From Eledone cirrhosa (taxonomy: Eukaryota), in contig OZ024743.1 in NCBI GenBank assembly GCA_964016885.1, positions 300,948,001-301,012,000 on the forward strand: a stretch of DNA of 64,000 nucleotides. Direction: 5' to 3'. The position numbers were made by a program, and so were the translations under genes. The notes under the pieces are model-generated. The model saw only the letters and a program-made list of their open reading frames with translations. It did not search any database and was not told where the DNA came from. Below are positions 29,822-43,757 of the stretch, in pieces; position 1 is the first letter of the stretch; the number at the start of each line of letters is the position of its first letter.

Positions 29822-30060
29822 AATATAGTAAAAATATTAAGAATAATGTGGTCGGCTGTAAAATAGGGTTTTTAATCCCTGTTTGTAGCTATAGGTATAT
29901 TTGTTTAAAGACATGCCTATGTGGTGCCTTTCCATGTTAGTGGCGGGCGTTAAGGTTATTGTTCAACTTGGTGGGAGCTAAGTATACCCATACCTACAAA
30001 CAGGGATTAATTAACCCTATTGTACAGCCGACCACGTTATTCTTCACTCTTTTACTATTA
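29822..30060. repeat. Inverted repeat with ~75-bp spacer
   Basis: gaataatgtggtcggctgtaaaataggg..aatccctgtttgtag pairs with ctacaaacagggatt..ccctattgtacagccgaccacgttattc. Confidence 0.75.
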
Positions 30061-30214
30061 TTACTCCAAGAACCGTTTACCTAGGAACTTTCTGAAACTG
30101 GCCACCCGATTAAGGAAACTTTTTTTTTAAGTCAAACAACGCCGAACGTTAAAACTATCCTCGATACAGATTACTCATAACTTCTAATTGGATTACGTTA
30201 CGCAATATCCTGTT

Positions 30215-30316
<102 letters not shown>

Positions 30317-31329
30317 AATGTGTGTTCTTTTACGACAGAATTGTTTTAATAGACAGCGTAGAACGCGATGTAGTGTTATTCGTCTTTGTGAAAATAAAAT
30401 ACAAAAACCTACCACATGAAACCATGAAGTAATATGAACATCTATTATTTATTAATCGAGAGTTTTACGACCGTTTCAAAGAGCAAAGCATCGATGTATA
30501 TACTAAATTCATGCCATCACTCGCCAAAAGCACATCCTAACTGCTGTCCTGAATTAAATAAAGCACTTTCACGAGTGTGATGATATGCAATACCATATGT
30601 AATAAGAATAATCATCACGTTGATATTTATTCCATAGAACGTGGGTAAAACTATGAAAAATTTATCACGAATGTTTTACCGTATACTTCCATTGTTTATA
30701 TATATAAGGTTTTGCTGTATCTCAAGCAAAATAATTGTATGTATAGCGGACTGTGTCCATTTTCTGTAGTGGTTTCGATTTAGGGCAAGAGAAGTAGAGA
30801 AAGCTAGATAGAGTGGAAAGGAAAAAGGTAATAATGTAATAATCTACAATGAATGAGATAAAACCTGTTTAAAAACTGTATACATTTGGTGATTTAAGTG
30901 AAGACGGTGTGTTGAAATATGTGGAAATTTCAATGCATGTGATCTAAAATTAAATTTAGGGTTAAGGTGAGATTTAGGATTACAATTTATGTTAATATTA
31001 TTGTTAGTATAGATGCAGTGAACAGTCGCATGGCTAGACTTCACGAGCAATGTTGCTGAGATAGTATATTGTGTGTTCGTATATTATAATCCGTTTTACA
31101 ATATTTTTCCAGCTCTCTGGGGTTTTTTTTTTATTCCAAAAACACTGTGACCGTGTACACTTCTTCCATTTCAGATGTTAATTTATTTTATTTGAATCTT
31201 CATTTTTATTTTTCACTTTTCATCTTCATTTTTCATTTTCATTTTCATTTTTCGTTACTTTTCGCTAATGTTTTATTTATTCTCTATTTATTATTTATTT
31301 TCTGTTTTCTTAATTTTATTGCCTTCTAT

Positions 31330-32200
31330 TTCTTCATATACAGTGCAGAACACCCCCACCCCCACCCACCCACCACGGGAGGTTGTGACAGGAGGGATGA
31401 AGTAACACACACACAGATACTTCTAAATATCAGCAGTAGCAAGACATAGGCTGACCACACCAACAACACTACCAAAATAAGAGTAGAGATCAGAGGTGAT
31501 TAACAGTAGCAAACACACACACTACATGGGGCCTCACCCCAGTAAGAATTTCTATAGACTTTTGACTGAGGAATGCTCTCAAAACTGACCAATGGGAAGA
31601 GTGATCTTACAAATCTTTATAACATTGAGATGGGTATAACACACACACACACATTTTATTCAATTATTTTATTTTGTTCCTTTACCATCTTATTCCTTCT
31701 ACCACTTTATCATTTTTTGGAGCTGACTCCAACAACAACACCACTACCAACATAAGAATAGAGGTCAGATGTACCTAACAATAACAAGAAATACCATTGG
31801 CTTGCCTCAGAACGAATTTCTATAGACTTTTGACTGAGGTATATTCTAACAACTGACCAATGAGAGGAGAAGACGCTGAAATTCGTTTGTTTAAATTCAT
31901 ATGATACCAGTTCCTCAGTGAAATAACAACCCAACCAGGAACTGGGCATATCAGAATATTGACGAAGTTGAACACCTCAACAACATGTGTACTCTTCACT
32001 ACCACACTAATTCGGACTGCCTGAAGAGGTCACAGCCGCAGATGGCTGTCACCGAATTATATATAGCAGTAATAAACGAAGCCAAATTTTAAACATTTGA
32101 CTTATTTATTTTATTTTATTTTACATTACTCCGGCGTAACCAACCCAAATTGCGCATTTCGTCGAGTGCTCCAATATGCATACTGAGGTGTTGGTATACA
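31330..32200 (+). mobile_element. PLE 3' region with an internal ~150-bp direct repeat (31450-31600, 31722-31870), HHR and tail
   Basis: gaatttctatagacttttgactgagg occurs twice; HHR at 32016; tail motif at 32127-32168. Confidence 0.65.
32016..32070 (+). ncRNA. Type I hammerhead ribozyme (GAAA changed to GAAT)
   Basis: actgc-CTGAAGA-ggtcacagcc gcagat ggctgtcacc-GAAT-tatata-TA-gcagt. Confidence 0.78.
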
Positions 32201-32249
32201 ACCAACATATACTCAATATATATATATATAAATAAATATATTATGTTTG

Positions 32250-32396
<147 letters not shown>

Positions 32397-32428
32397 GTTT
32401 GTTTCTACAATAACACAGTACATTACAG

Positions 32429-32652
32429 GTATTTTACTTTATCGATCCCGTAAGGATGAAAGGCAAAGTTAACCGCGGCAGCGGGATTTGAAGTCAAATC
32501 GTAAAGGGACGTAACTATGCTGGAAAGCATGTCCGACCCTCTACCAATACTGCTAGTTCACCGCCTTTATAGTGTTTCTACTTTTGGCCCAAGGCCAGTG
32601 ATTACCCAAGTGCATCAATGGTACTTTATTTTATCGTACCCGTAAGGATGAA
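32429..32652 (-). mobile_element. Two tandem fragments of the tRNA-derived SINE
   Basis: gatcccgtaaggatgaaaggc, gggatttgaa, gtttctacttttggcccaaggcc. Confidence 0.8.
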
Positions 32653-32858
32653 ATTGGGACAGGTGTATTTTACATATATGTGTTGTATAGACTTGAAAAT
32701 AGATAAATCCACCATGTAGTATATATAACAACATTTCTTATAAACTAATGCTAAAACAGGTAGTGATTCATTCTGGTGGTGAGGTTATACTAATATATAT
32801 TTAATGTTAACATAAATAAAGGCATAAAAAAGGAAAAAAAAAACAATAAAAACAATTG

Positions 32859-32985
32859 AGAAGAAGAAGAAGAAGAAGAAGAAGAAGAAGAAGAAGAAGA
32901 AGAAGAAGAAGAAGAAGAAGAAGAAGAAGAAGAAGAAGAAGAAGAAGAAGAAGAAGAAGAAGAAGAAGAAGAAGAAGAAGAAGAA
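32859..32985. repeat. (GAA)n microsatellite
   Basis: Read directly. Confidence 0.95.
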
Positions 32986-33540
32986 ATGCCAATATAACCC
33001 ACCATTCTGCCACATGAAGTACAGCGATAACGATAACAATAATATAAATGTTTAGCAGGTATCAAATACAATTAGAAAACGAAAGGTTGAAGAGAAAAAT
33101 TAAGCATGAATAGGAATTAAATCTGAAAGTAAAAGCAAACCACTTAAGTCATATTTTAAAAGAAAAGCACACGCATAAATACAAACACACAATGTAGTTA
33201 GTCAATGGAATTCGCCGAATTTAATGAGTGTCATTTCATATATGTACCCCCTTTTCAATAGTTTCTTCTCCAATGATAAATAACATAAAAGTATATTCAT
33301 ACATCGCACTGTTGTGTGCAAGGTTATTCATCCTAAGAGTGAAAGGGAATTATCATCATTAAATTCTAATGAAATGAAGCAGGAAATGCCCCGTTATGCC
33401 TACATCTGAATGCCAATATATGCATTGGACTTATATCAGCGAACACTTCCTAGACGTACAGCAAAACGTTATCTAATTCCCTTTATCAAATGATAAAAAC
33501 AAAACAATCCTAATATGTCGGCAAGTTTCTGTGTGTGTGT

Positions 33541-33639
<99 letters not shown>

Positions 33640-33876
33640 ATATTGAGAAACACACAGATACATGCGGACACACACATATACATGAATATATCCACATCCA
33701 TCCTTGAGTTAATGGTGCCAACCTTAAGTGATGTTGCTCTATGAATAACTGGGACAAACCTATCCGAATGGATTAGACTGAACCAGTATCAGATCTAAAA
33801 GTACATTATGAAGAGAGAAGAAACATTTAGATATAATTAGTAATAAGATGTATCATACCTAAACTGCTTCTAGATT

Positions 33877-33964
33877 CCTCGACTACGTAGTTTCGTGGCA
33901 TAATCAAAAACAATACATCATAGAGATATAGAGCTTTTGCGAGGTCTGCCGACTTATCAAGAGG
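33877..33964 (-). ncRNA. U3-A8 hammerhead ribozyme
   Basis: cctc-TTGATAA-gtcggca...tgccac-GAAA-ctacgtag-TC-gagg on the minus strand. Confidence 0.82.
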
Positions 33965-34305
33965 ATTCCTCGTTTTACTAGCCTCAAGAACACGTCTATA
34001 TGATGTGAGATAGAATCCCAAAAGGCGGAGGGGAGTCAGTCACGTGATACAACGGTCAAGAAACAGAGCTAAGCCCCTTATAACCCCGAAAAAATACCAC
34101 GGAGGCGGAGGGGGTATTTATATCGAAGCCGTAAAAGAGGTGGTTAAGGAGGCGAGAAGTACGAGTAATGGCAGCTTTCCAGCAGTCACTACACTTCAAA
34201 GATTACTCGACCAGAGGGAGTTATGAACAATATATTGAGAAACACACAGATACATGCGGACACGGACATATACATGAATATATCCACATCCATCCTTGAG
34301 TTAAT

Positions 34306-34393
34306 CCTCTTGATAAGTCGGCAGACCTCGCAAAAGCTCTATATCTCTATGATATATTGTTTTTGATTATGCCACGAAACTACGTAGTCGAGG
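34306..34393 (+). ncRNA. U3-A8 hammerhead ribozyme
   Basis: cctc-TTGATAA-gtcggca...tgccac-GAAA-ctacgtag-TC-gagg; palindromic stem III actacgtagt. Confidence 0.82.
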
Positions 34394-36120
34394 AATCTAG
34401 AAGCAGTTTAGGTATGATACATCTTATTACTAATTATATCTAAATGTTTCTTCTCTCTTCATAATATCTATATATATAATTCGGAAGATGTTTTTCGCTA
34501 ATTTCCACTAGCCGAAATGCGATTCTCGCTAATTTATATTTATACATATATATATATATATATATTCTTCATTTAAACTAACCTCGTTTAATCATTTCAT
34601 CGAACGACTGTAGTATAAACATACTTAGACCACTCCACGAAGTGTGTCTCTTAATGTATTATGACTCAGGTATAAGATGGAGGTCAATATTATAAAGTAA
34701 TGAGACTGGATTAGAGATAGACGCACTGTTTATTATATATTACTGTTATACATATTTCCAAAACATCAACATGTTTGCATAATAGCCCTTTGACGTGTTT
34801 TCATTATACCAGTGTGTTGTAAGTGATAAAATCTTTCTGAAGGCTGACTGAGTTTAAAATTTACATCTTATGATTAGATTGACAGTTCGTTAGATACACT
34901 TAAGTTTAAAGGGTTAGATCCTTCTATCTTCTTTCTCTTGAACTATATCTAAACAATGTTCTAACACAAAAGAACGAAACTCCCACTGTCACTGCCTCTG
35001 TCACACCTATCTCCCCCTATCGTGAGCAAATGGGAACCTACGCGTTACCCCCCCCGCCTTTCCACTGTCGGATAGAATAGCGAAGGTATTTTCCAGGGAA
35101 GAGGAGGGGGGGGGGGGGTAGAGGGAGAGATGTAATATTTTCGTTTAAGCCTCGTGGATCGCGTACAGTAATATGTGTCTGGGTACACGCTCGCAGCAGC
35201 ATCAAAGTTTGTGTGTGAATCTCTCTCGTGCGGTAGTGATCTTTACACTTCTCAAATTCTACATATTATTAATAGAAGACCCCGGGCAATCAACACGTTC
35301 ACAGCTCTTTAATACTTGTAGGCATACAATATCTAAAACGTCCCTTACATTATATAGTTAGCCTATACCTTAGACAATATTTCCCAGCCCACATTTTAAC
35401 CTAATCAATTTATCTTGAAACATTCTGGTGTATCACATTATTGATATACATACCTCTATTTCTTTTCAAATCTCCAGCCCTCCAGCCTACAATAGACATA
35501 TATTACTTCTCTCATAATACATCGACTAATCAATTTCTCTACATATATATTCGTTAGTCACCTGAATCAGTAGGTGACAAGAACTATACACTCACGCTCT
35601 TGTGGGATCGTAGAGCACCAAAAACTAATTCATTTGCAATATAAGAATACATGATGCACAATCTACCGACAGTAGTATGCTTGTATTCCGTATTCAACAA
35701 TGGGCTATACAAATCTCCAACACACTACCAACAACTATGAAAAAAATGAAGTAAATTAATCAGACTTTTTCTTTAAGGTAGATAAACATTAGCGACTGAC
35801 ACACTTGATTATTTGACACCTTAATCTTGTGATCATCTCCAGATTTTTAACTACTGTAGTATCTCCTGCACCTTCCGTGACTACAACCATAGTGATATCA
35901 AATACAAATACATTACAACGTAATGTCTGCTGATAACACTTCAAAATTTTGTTTTGTAATCACTTAGGGGTCTTTGAAAAATGTATAACAGGATTATATA
36001 ATAAACAGAAGATATATATTTAAAACAGACTCTATTAATTATAAGCTAATATATATATATGCGTGTGTGTGTGTGTGTGTGTGTATGCGTGTGTGTGTAT
36101 GTTTATATATATATATATAA

Positions 36121-36152
<32 letters not shown>

Positions 36153-36179
36153 ATGCGTGTGTGTGTATGTGTGTGTGTT

Positions 36180-36253
<74 letters not shown>

Positions 36254-36550
36254 TAATAACACATACGTGTACAGTGTATATTTACATATATTTTAGAAAA
36301 CGATAAAGAAAGTGAAGCGAGTGTGTGACATAGAGATGGAGAGAAAACGGCGAGAAATGTGCGTTAAAGATAGAATGAAAAAGAAATAATTTTTGAAGAA
36401 ATATATATCACTGAACATATTAGTATGAATGGTTAAACATTTATAAATATTTTAACGATAAACACACGGGTACATGATGCAGGCTGAGCACCATTATTTT
36501 TTTTTTCATTTCTTTATTCATTATAATATTTTTTTGTTTCCGTGTCTTAC

Positions 36551-36901
36551 CGTGTCTCAATAAGCTTCCGTCTCGTCGAGGATCATAAGATACCACGTTG
36601 CTCGTGCTTCCGCTTTTGCTTTCGATCGCCTTCGTGTAATTGCTGTCCGTGTCACACCACCATTCACCACAGCATTGCCCAGCCACAGTAACTAAACGCG
36701 GGTTCTTACAGTGTGTCAAGGAAGGTTTCTTTTCTTCCTGTGGACATAACGATACACAGCCGAAATTACCATTTTGGCAAGTGCACAAGTGTGAACAGTC
36801 TGGGCGCACCTGTTCTCCGTCACGGTACAAAGTCTTCTTTACGACGCGCTTGCCGTTCCGGTAGAATGAGCTGTGCACTTCGCAGGGTTTGGGGTAACGA
36901 G
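36551..36901 (-). CDS. Internal exon of a CCN-family (CYR61/CTGF/NOV-like) gene: VWC domain plus hinge
   Basis: Acceptor cctttacttccag, donor gtaaga, 351 bp, phase 1-1. Encodes (A)RYPKPCEV..YRDGEQVRPDCSHLCTCQNGNFGCVSLCPQEEKKPSLTHCKNPRLVTVAGQCCGEWWCD, matching the CCN VWC pattern YxxGE..C...CTC..G..GC..LC....P...C..PR.V...G.CC.EW.CD. Confidence 0.9.
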
Positions 36902-37351
36902 CTGGAAGTAAAGGTCAGGGAATATGTATTAGGGGGGAGCTGTTGGATTTCTGTTTTTAGTTATATTTTGCATTACTTCAAACTTAAAATTCTCATATTG
37001 GGATGGGTAGCAAGGAATTTACTATTTATTATTAATTTACATTGGAAAGGGTTGGGTAATACAGGTGTATGTGGGAAGGTAAATCAGTAACACATGCAAG
37101 TCATACAGTCTAGTGATAAATATGGGGAAATAATGTCAAATTTACTCACATACAGGCACATGCGTACAGAAACACGGTCTACAGTGACAAGTATTACTAA
37201 TTGAAAAAGCAGGAGAATGCAAATTATTAATTTATATCATAAGTAACAAATATATATATATATATGTGTGTGTGTGGTGTGTGTGTGTACGTGTGTGTGC
37301 GCGCGTGTGTGTGTATGTGTGTATATATATGCATATATATATATATGTATG

Positions 37352-37448
<97 letters not shown>

Positions 37449-38356
37449 TGGCTGCCAACTCGTTTTCCATGTAGGAGAACCCCTACCGATGCGCTGAACG
37501 AGTGTGACTTTTTCGTCTAGCCAGCGACATGAAAACTCTGGTACAAACACTACACTTGTGACAGTTATTGACACATAGTGCTGGGCCCATGGTACGATGT
37601 GAGGACAAGTGCAGAGAGATCTCCAGATATAAAGCAATGCCTGTGCCGTGAAGCTTTTATAGTGAGCAAAGGCACTGCACAAAGCTAGTCCCACTCGCTT
37701 AACCAAGATGATATTTACCAAAAATAAGAACAAGTCAACATCATTGGATACCATCAGGGTTGCAGGTGTTATATCAGATTGTTCCTTCTCATACATATAT
37801 ATATAGATACTTGTTCATCTATGAAAACGGGTAAAGGAAACGTAGGTCTTTTATATGTGTCAATGCATCATATAGTGTACACAATTACAATTATACTTAC
37901 GCCTGCACACATATAGTCATACATACACACACTCAAATATATATATATATTAAATTGGATGAGTTGTGTATTTATACACATATATGGTTTACTTAGTACA
38001 GTTCAGCTTAACCTCACCACATGACCCTTTGTGTGATTCAGTATAGTCTGTGTTGCAAACATTTTGGTAATGTCACAGGTTTCTTTATATCTTCAATTAT
38101 CTTTTTTTTATCATCCATTCTTGGCTCTGAACAATCTGTTATACTCGTTACAATTTCCCATATCACAAACCAATAAAAGGTAAGTTTCATATATTTCCGG
38201 CTAAAACATTTTTTGTTTCGTTATGTAGAAGATAATGGTGAGGGGCATTTGAAGTAATTCTCTAATAGCCTATTCATTTTGAGATCACTGATAAACGCGT
38301 GATGTTTCTACTCTGCTAGCAAATTTAAATTGTACCTATATTTAATACATATAAGT

Positions 38357-38538
38357 GTTTCTACTTTAGGCACAAGACCAGCAATTACCCAGTACATTAC
38401 TGGTACTTTATTTTATCGGCCTCGTAAGGATGAAAGGCAAAATCAACCTCGGCGGGATTTGAACTCAGATCGTAAAGGGACGTAACTATGCTGGAAAGCA
38501 TGGCGTCCGACACTCTACCGATACTGCCAATCCACCGC
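38357..38538 (-). mobile_element. Full-length tRNA-derived SINE with 15-bp target duplication tatttaatacatata (38339-38353, 38542-38556)
   Basis: A-box-like tggcagtatcggtaga, B-box gagttcaaatccc, Nin-like core, 3' end tagaaac. Confidence 0.88.
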
Positions 38539-38573
38539 GTTTATTTAATACATATACATTTTATACATTCACA

Positions 38574-38757
38574 GGTCGGTGAATTGGCAGTATCGGTAGA
38601 GGGTTGGACGCCATGATCTCTAGCATAGTTACCGCCCTTTACATTCTGAGTTCAAATCCCGCCGAGGTTAACTTTGCCTTTCATCCTTACGGGGTTGATA
38701 AAATAAAGTACCAGTAATGTACTGGATAATCGCTGGCATTGTGCCTAAAGTAGAAAC
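38574..38757 (+). mobile_element. Full-length tRNA-derived SINE, head-to-head with the previous copy
   Basis: Same family; followed by a third tatttaatacatata at 38761-38775. Confidence 0.88.
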
Positions 38758-38978
38758 ATTTATTTAATACATATAATACTGAAGATTGTCAACAAGGAGC
38801 ATCTGATTGATTCAGTGAGAGTATTATCGGAGTTATGGATGAATGATTGATTAATGAAATAGGTTGGGATTATGTAAGTGATGTTCCCCTTTCAAATGCC
38901 ATGTTTAAAAGATACATGTACGCAGGCAGACACATGCATAATCGCGCACACGCACTTTCATGCAAGCATAGACAGATT

Positions 38979-39039
<61 letters not shown>

Positions 39040-40540
39040 TTGAGTGTGTATATCTATATCTATCTATCTACCTACATATATATGTATATATATATATATA
39101 TGTGTGTATGTGTGCGTGTGTGTGTGTGCGTGTGTGTGTGTGTGTATTTAAAAAGAAGAAAAGTATGACTTCACTTGTAGTTCTAAACAATTTAATTTAA
39201 TCTCATAATATTATAACATTAGAATTTTAGAATTTGGTATCGTAGATCTACAAAGCCAAATTGTAAAATTATGTTATTATAAAATCAAATTAAATTGTTT
39301 AGAACTAAAAGTGAAGTAATTCATTTTTGAAATATACCTAACTATACCAAGGATTTCACACATTTTCCAATATGTATGTCTATACATTTTCCAATATGTG
39401 TGTGTATGCATGTATATATAATTGTACACACACACACATATATATATATATATAATATATATACACACATACATATATATCTAGTAGTAGTGTAGTTTGG
39501 AAAATTAACTCGAAAATTGAGAGACCACTCAAAACGTAGAGCGGGTATGTGGTTTAACGATATTTATTAGATTAACTATGTTTAGATACAATCGTTTCGT
39601 TAGCTGTCTGGTCGCATTTCTTTCAGCGAGACAGTTTCTATGTTAACTGATCTGATTGACGCTATATTGTAATGGTCATGTTCTTTTCTTTCAAAGGCCG
39701 AAAATGTATCAACAGATAAGAAAGAATATGGAATATCGGGATGATTTTAAAGATATAGAATGTTATAGTGTAAAAGCAATGCGGTAAATTGTTATGTGAT
39801 TAGAGAGCTGCATGTAGATAATATGTTTTGAAAATTAAAATCATCTAAAAATAGGATTATTAATATGTGAGCAAATCAGATTTGGGTGAACCTTTCAAGT
39901 TGTATATAGTTTTGTGTTTGTGGAGCCTGCGATTCGTGAAATCGGCGCTTATTACGACAGCGTGATGGAGCTCTGTAGATCTTACTATATATTCAATCTA
40001 TCGACGGGATTACACACCCTGACCTCAATACTTCCACACAGACCTCCCCTTACACAGTCAGAGTTTAACACACATTATTTCTTGTTTTCTTTATGATGTT
40101 CTTTGAAGGTTCTATCCTTTTAGCTATCCAAACTATCTTCATGTATCTCTGTAATCACATGCTAAATTGCTTCAATTGCTTTTACATTATAAACTTCTGT
40201 ATTTAGAACATATCTTACTGTTTCTTCTCGTTTGATACTCTTTCATTTTTCAGTGAAAATCACCCCCCCCCCCCCAAAAAAAAATAGCGTCATCATAGAC
40301 CGGGAAGTGGAAATATGTCTCAGTAATGGATCTGCGACCCACAGCTAGTTAAATAATTGTTCGTTGATTACACCATTATTAGTGTAGTAATTCTCAGCCT
40401 CACTGACTCTGATTGCCTTTGTACACATTCTCTCTTCCGTACATTTATCAATCTATCTCTCCCCCATCTCTACCTCTCTCACACATACACACTCTCTCTC
40501 TCTATATATATATATATTTATGATTATACTTACACACACA

Positions 40541-40633
<93 letters not shown>

Positions 40634-40676
40634 TTGTTGTACTGCCTCTCTGTTTTGTCCCTGTTCAAATTTTTCC

Positions 40677-40761
<85 letters not shown>

Positions 40762-40813
40762 GTATGAGTTTCCGTTTGGATGAAAATGTTTGATTCTGTA
40801 CGAGCGTCTCTGT

Positions 40814-40914
40814 GCCTGCACGCTTGTGTGTGCGGTTGTGATTTATGTATAAGCATATATATATATATAAATATGCGTATACATAAATCACAACCTCACA
40901 CACAAGCGTGCAGA
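40814..40914. repeat. Small hairpin centred on (TA)n
   Basis: ctgcacgcttgtgtgtgcggttgtgatttatgtata pairs with tatacataaatcacaacctcacacacaagcgtgcag. Confidence 0.8.
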
Positions 40915-40915
40915 C

Positions 40916-41830
<915 letters not shown>

Positions 41831-41854
41831 AATACATATACACATATACATACT

Positions 41855-41934
<80 letters not shown>

Positions 41935-41943
41935 AATATATAC

Positions 41944-42020
<77 letters not shown>

Positions 42021-42345
42021 TACACACACACACACATATATACATATATATATATATATATAAATTTATTATAATAAATTGAAGTGAAAGCGACTGGTCA
42101 GTGTGTTTCTTATTGGCAACATGACCCTCCCAAAGTATAACAATATCTATATATATATGTATGTATGTATATATTCAATTTATTATAATAAATTTATAAA
42201 TTTAGGAATTTATAAATTAACCATCATCTCAGTTTGTTTGGCCCTTAACGTATGTTGTAGCTCTGATTCACTGAATCATCGAGCGCTTGCCACACAAATC
42301 GGAAGTTTATTTTCGTTAATTCCTGTGCTGAAATACGATTCTCGG

Positions 42346-42420
<75 letters not shown>

Positions 42421-42464
42421 AAGTATGTTTTGAAACAGTGAGCAGGTTTGAAATTAGAAAATAG

Positions 42465-42651
42465 AATAGCTTTCACCGTATTTTTGACTAAAGGAATTTT
42501 AGCTTGACAATGGGGTTTCGAACCCTCAGATAAATGGGAAAAGATGAGTATTGACGTACATGTCAATACTCATCTTTTTCCATTTATCTAAGGTTTCTAA
42601 ACCCCATTGTCAGCCTAAAAGTCCTTTAGTCAACATTACGGTGAAAGCTAT

Positions 42652-42652
<1 letters not shown>
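42465..42652. repeat. Fold-back hairpin, relative of 20225-20465
   Basis: aaaagatgagtattgac gtacat gtcaatactcatctttt; outer arms tagctttcaccgta / tacggtgaaagcta. Confidence 0.8.
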
Positions 42653-42683
<31 letters not shown>

Positions 42684-42831
42684 GCGAGGGAAAAGTGGTA
42701 AGGAACCAGGTGGACCATAACGCACCAAAGTACTCAATACTTAGGGTAGTAGAGTGGGAAATAGGAGTAGACCCCGACGGCTGAGCTCAAGCCGTTTCGA
42801 CGGCTAATTCTGTACTGTGGAATATTACTTA

Positions 42832-43090
42832 TGTGGAATATTACTTATGTATTTCTTATTTACTTATGTAGAATATTATTTACATATTTCTTATTTACTT
42901 ATGTGGAATATTACTTATGTATTTCTTATTTACTTATGTGGAATATTATTCATGTATTTCTTATTTACTTATGTGGAATATTCTTTATGTATTTCTTATT
43001 TACTTATGTGGGATATTATTTTTTGTATTTCTTATTTACTTATGTGGAATATTATTTATGTATTTCTTATTTACTTATTTATGTATTTCT
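42832..43090. repeat. 35-bp tandem minisatellite, about 7 units
   Basis: Unit tgtggaatattacttatgtatttcttatttactta. Confidence 0.9.
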
Positions 43091-43403
43091 TCAGCCTATT
43101 TCTTAGTTACCAGATTCCGCTTATATTTCTTTTCTCTCCCAGTACCTTTTACTGTTTTACATTTTCATCGTTCTACTTACCGTATTGACCTCCTCCCCCT
43201 CCCCCTCCCATGCCTCCTCTTTGACCTCACACCCAGCTGTAGCTGGCACCACCAACGCATGAATGGGTCTACTCCTCCCCCTCTCCCCTTTTCTCCTACT
43301 GGCAGGTTTGGCTACCTCCCCCACCAACTTGCCATCGCTGAATTACTACTACCTTGTGGGATGACCTATCCCGGCGATTGTCTCTTTGACCATATATGGA
43401 ATT

Positions 43404-43498
43404 GCCCCTTGACAAGTTCGGCTATTTAAATACCAGAACGGATTTTTCATTCAGTACAGAATTAGCCGTCGAAACGGCTTGAGCTCAGCCGTCGGGGT
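43404..43498 (+). ncRNA. U3-A8 hammerhead ribozyme
   Basis: gcccc-TTGACAA-gttcggcta...tagccgtc-GAAA-cggct tgagctc agccg-TC-ggggt. Confidence 0.82.
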
Positions 43499-43607
43499 CT
43501 TACTTACTCCTATATATATATATATATATATAAAGAAACAGAGATGAAATCGAAAATGCAACTGGAGTCTTATTTTTTTTTTTTTTAAATATATATATTT
43601 ATTTAGT

Positions 43608-43647
43608 TCCTTTACCGGTTTCGCAGTTCTTCTGCTTTTCAAAAGAT
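43608..43647 (-). ncRNA. Minimal U3-A8 hammerhead ribozyme, left arm
   Basis: Inverted copy of 43718-43757. Confidence 0.72.
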
Positions 43648-43717
43648 GAGTTCAGATGGAGGGTCTGTGGTTTTTCTCACATCTGTGAGAAAAACCACAG
43701 ACCCTCCATCTCAACTC

Positions 43718-43757
43718 ACCTTTTGAAAAGCAGAAGAACTGCGAAACCGGTAAAGGT
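43718..43757 (+). ncRNA. Minimal U3-A8 hammerhead ribozyme (40 nt)
   Basis: acctt-TTGAAAA-gcag aagaa ctgc-GAAA-ccgg-TA-aaggt; palindromic accggt stem III. Confidence 0.8.

Larger units (their letters stand above)
33637..34468. mobile_element. Complex PLE-type insertion: direct repeat 33637-33712/34229-34305 and inverted repeat 33806-33966/34304-34465
   Basis: Read directly; HHR in both inverted arms; (TA)n on both flanks. Confidence 0.8.
42683..43510. mobile_element. Neptune-family pseudo-LTR inverted pair: short minus arm with tail (42683-42816) and long plus arm without tail
   Basis: 42683-42816 is the reverse complement of the 6057-6195-type sequence; 43298-43510 matches 5900-6115. Confidence 0.85.

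Noticed and set aside
36441-36550. ORF-track extension of the VWC protein to 36441 and start at 36878
   Set aside because: Runs through the GTAAGA donor into intron; true limits are the splice sites 36901 and 36551.
39575-39655. Minus-strand GAAACGATTGTA with long stem II
   Set aside because: The CTGANGA core is missing; relic only.
42832-43090. 35-bp repeats resembling a CRISPR array
   Set aside because: Head-to-tail units with no unique spacers, no cas genes, eukaryotic context.
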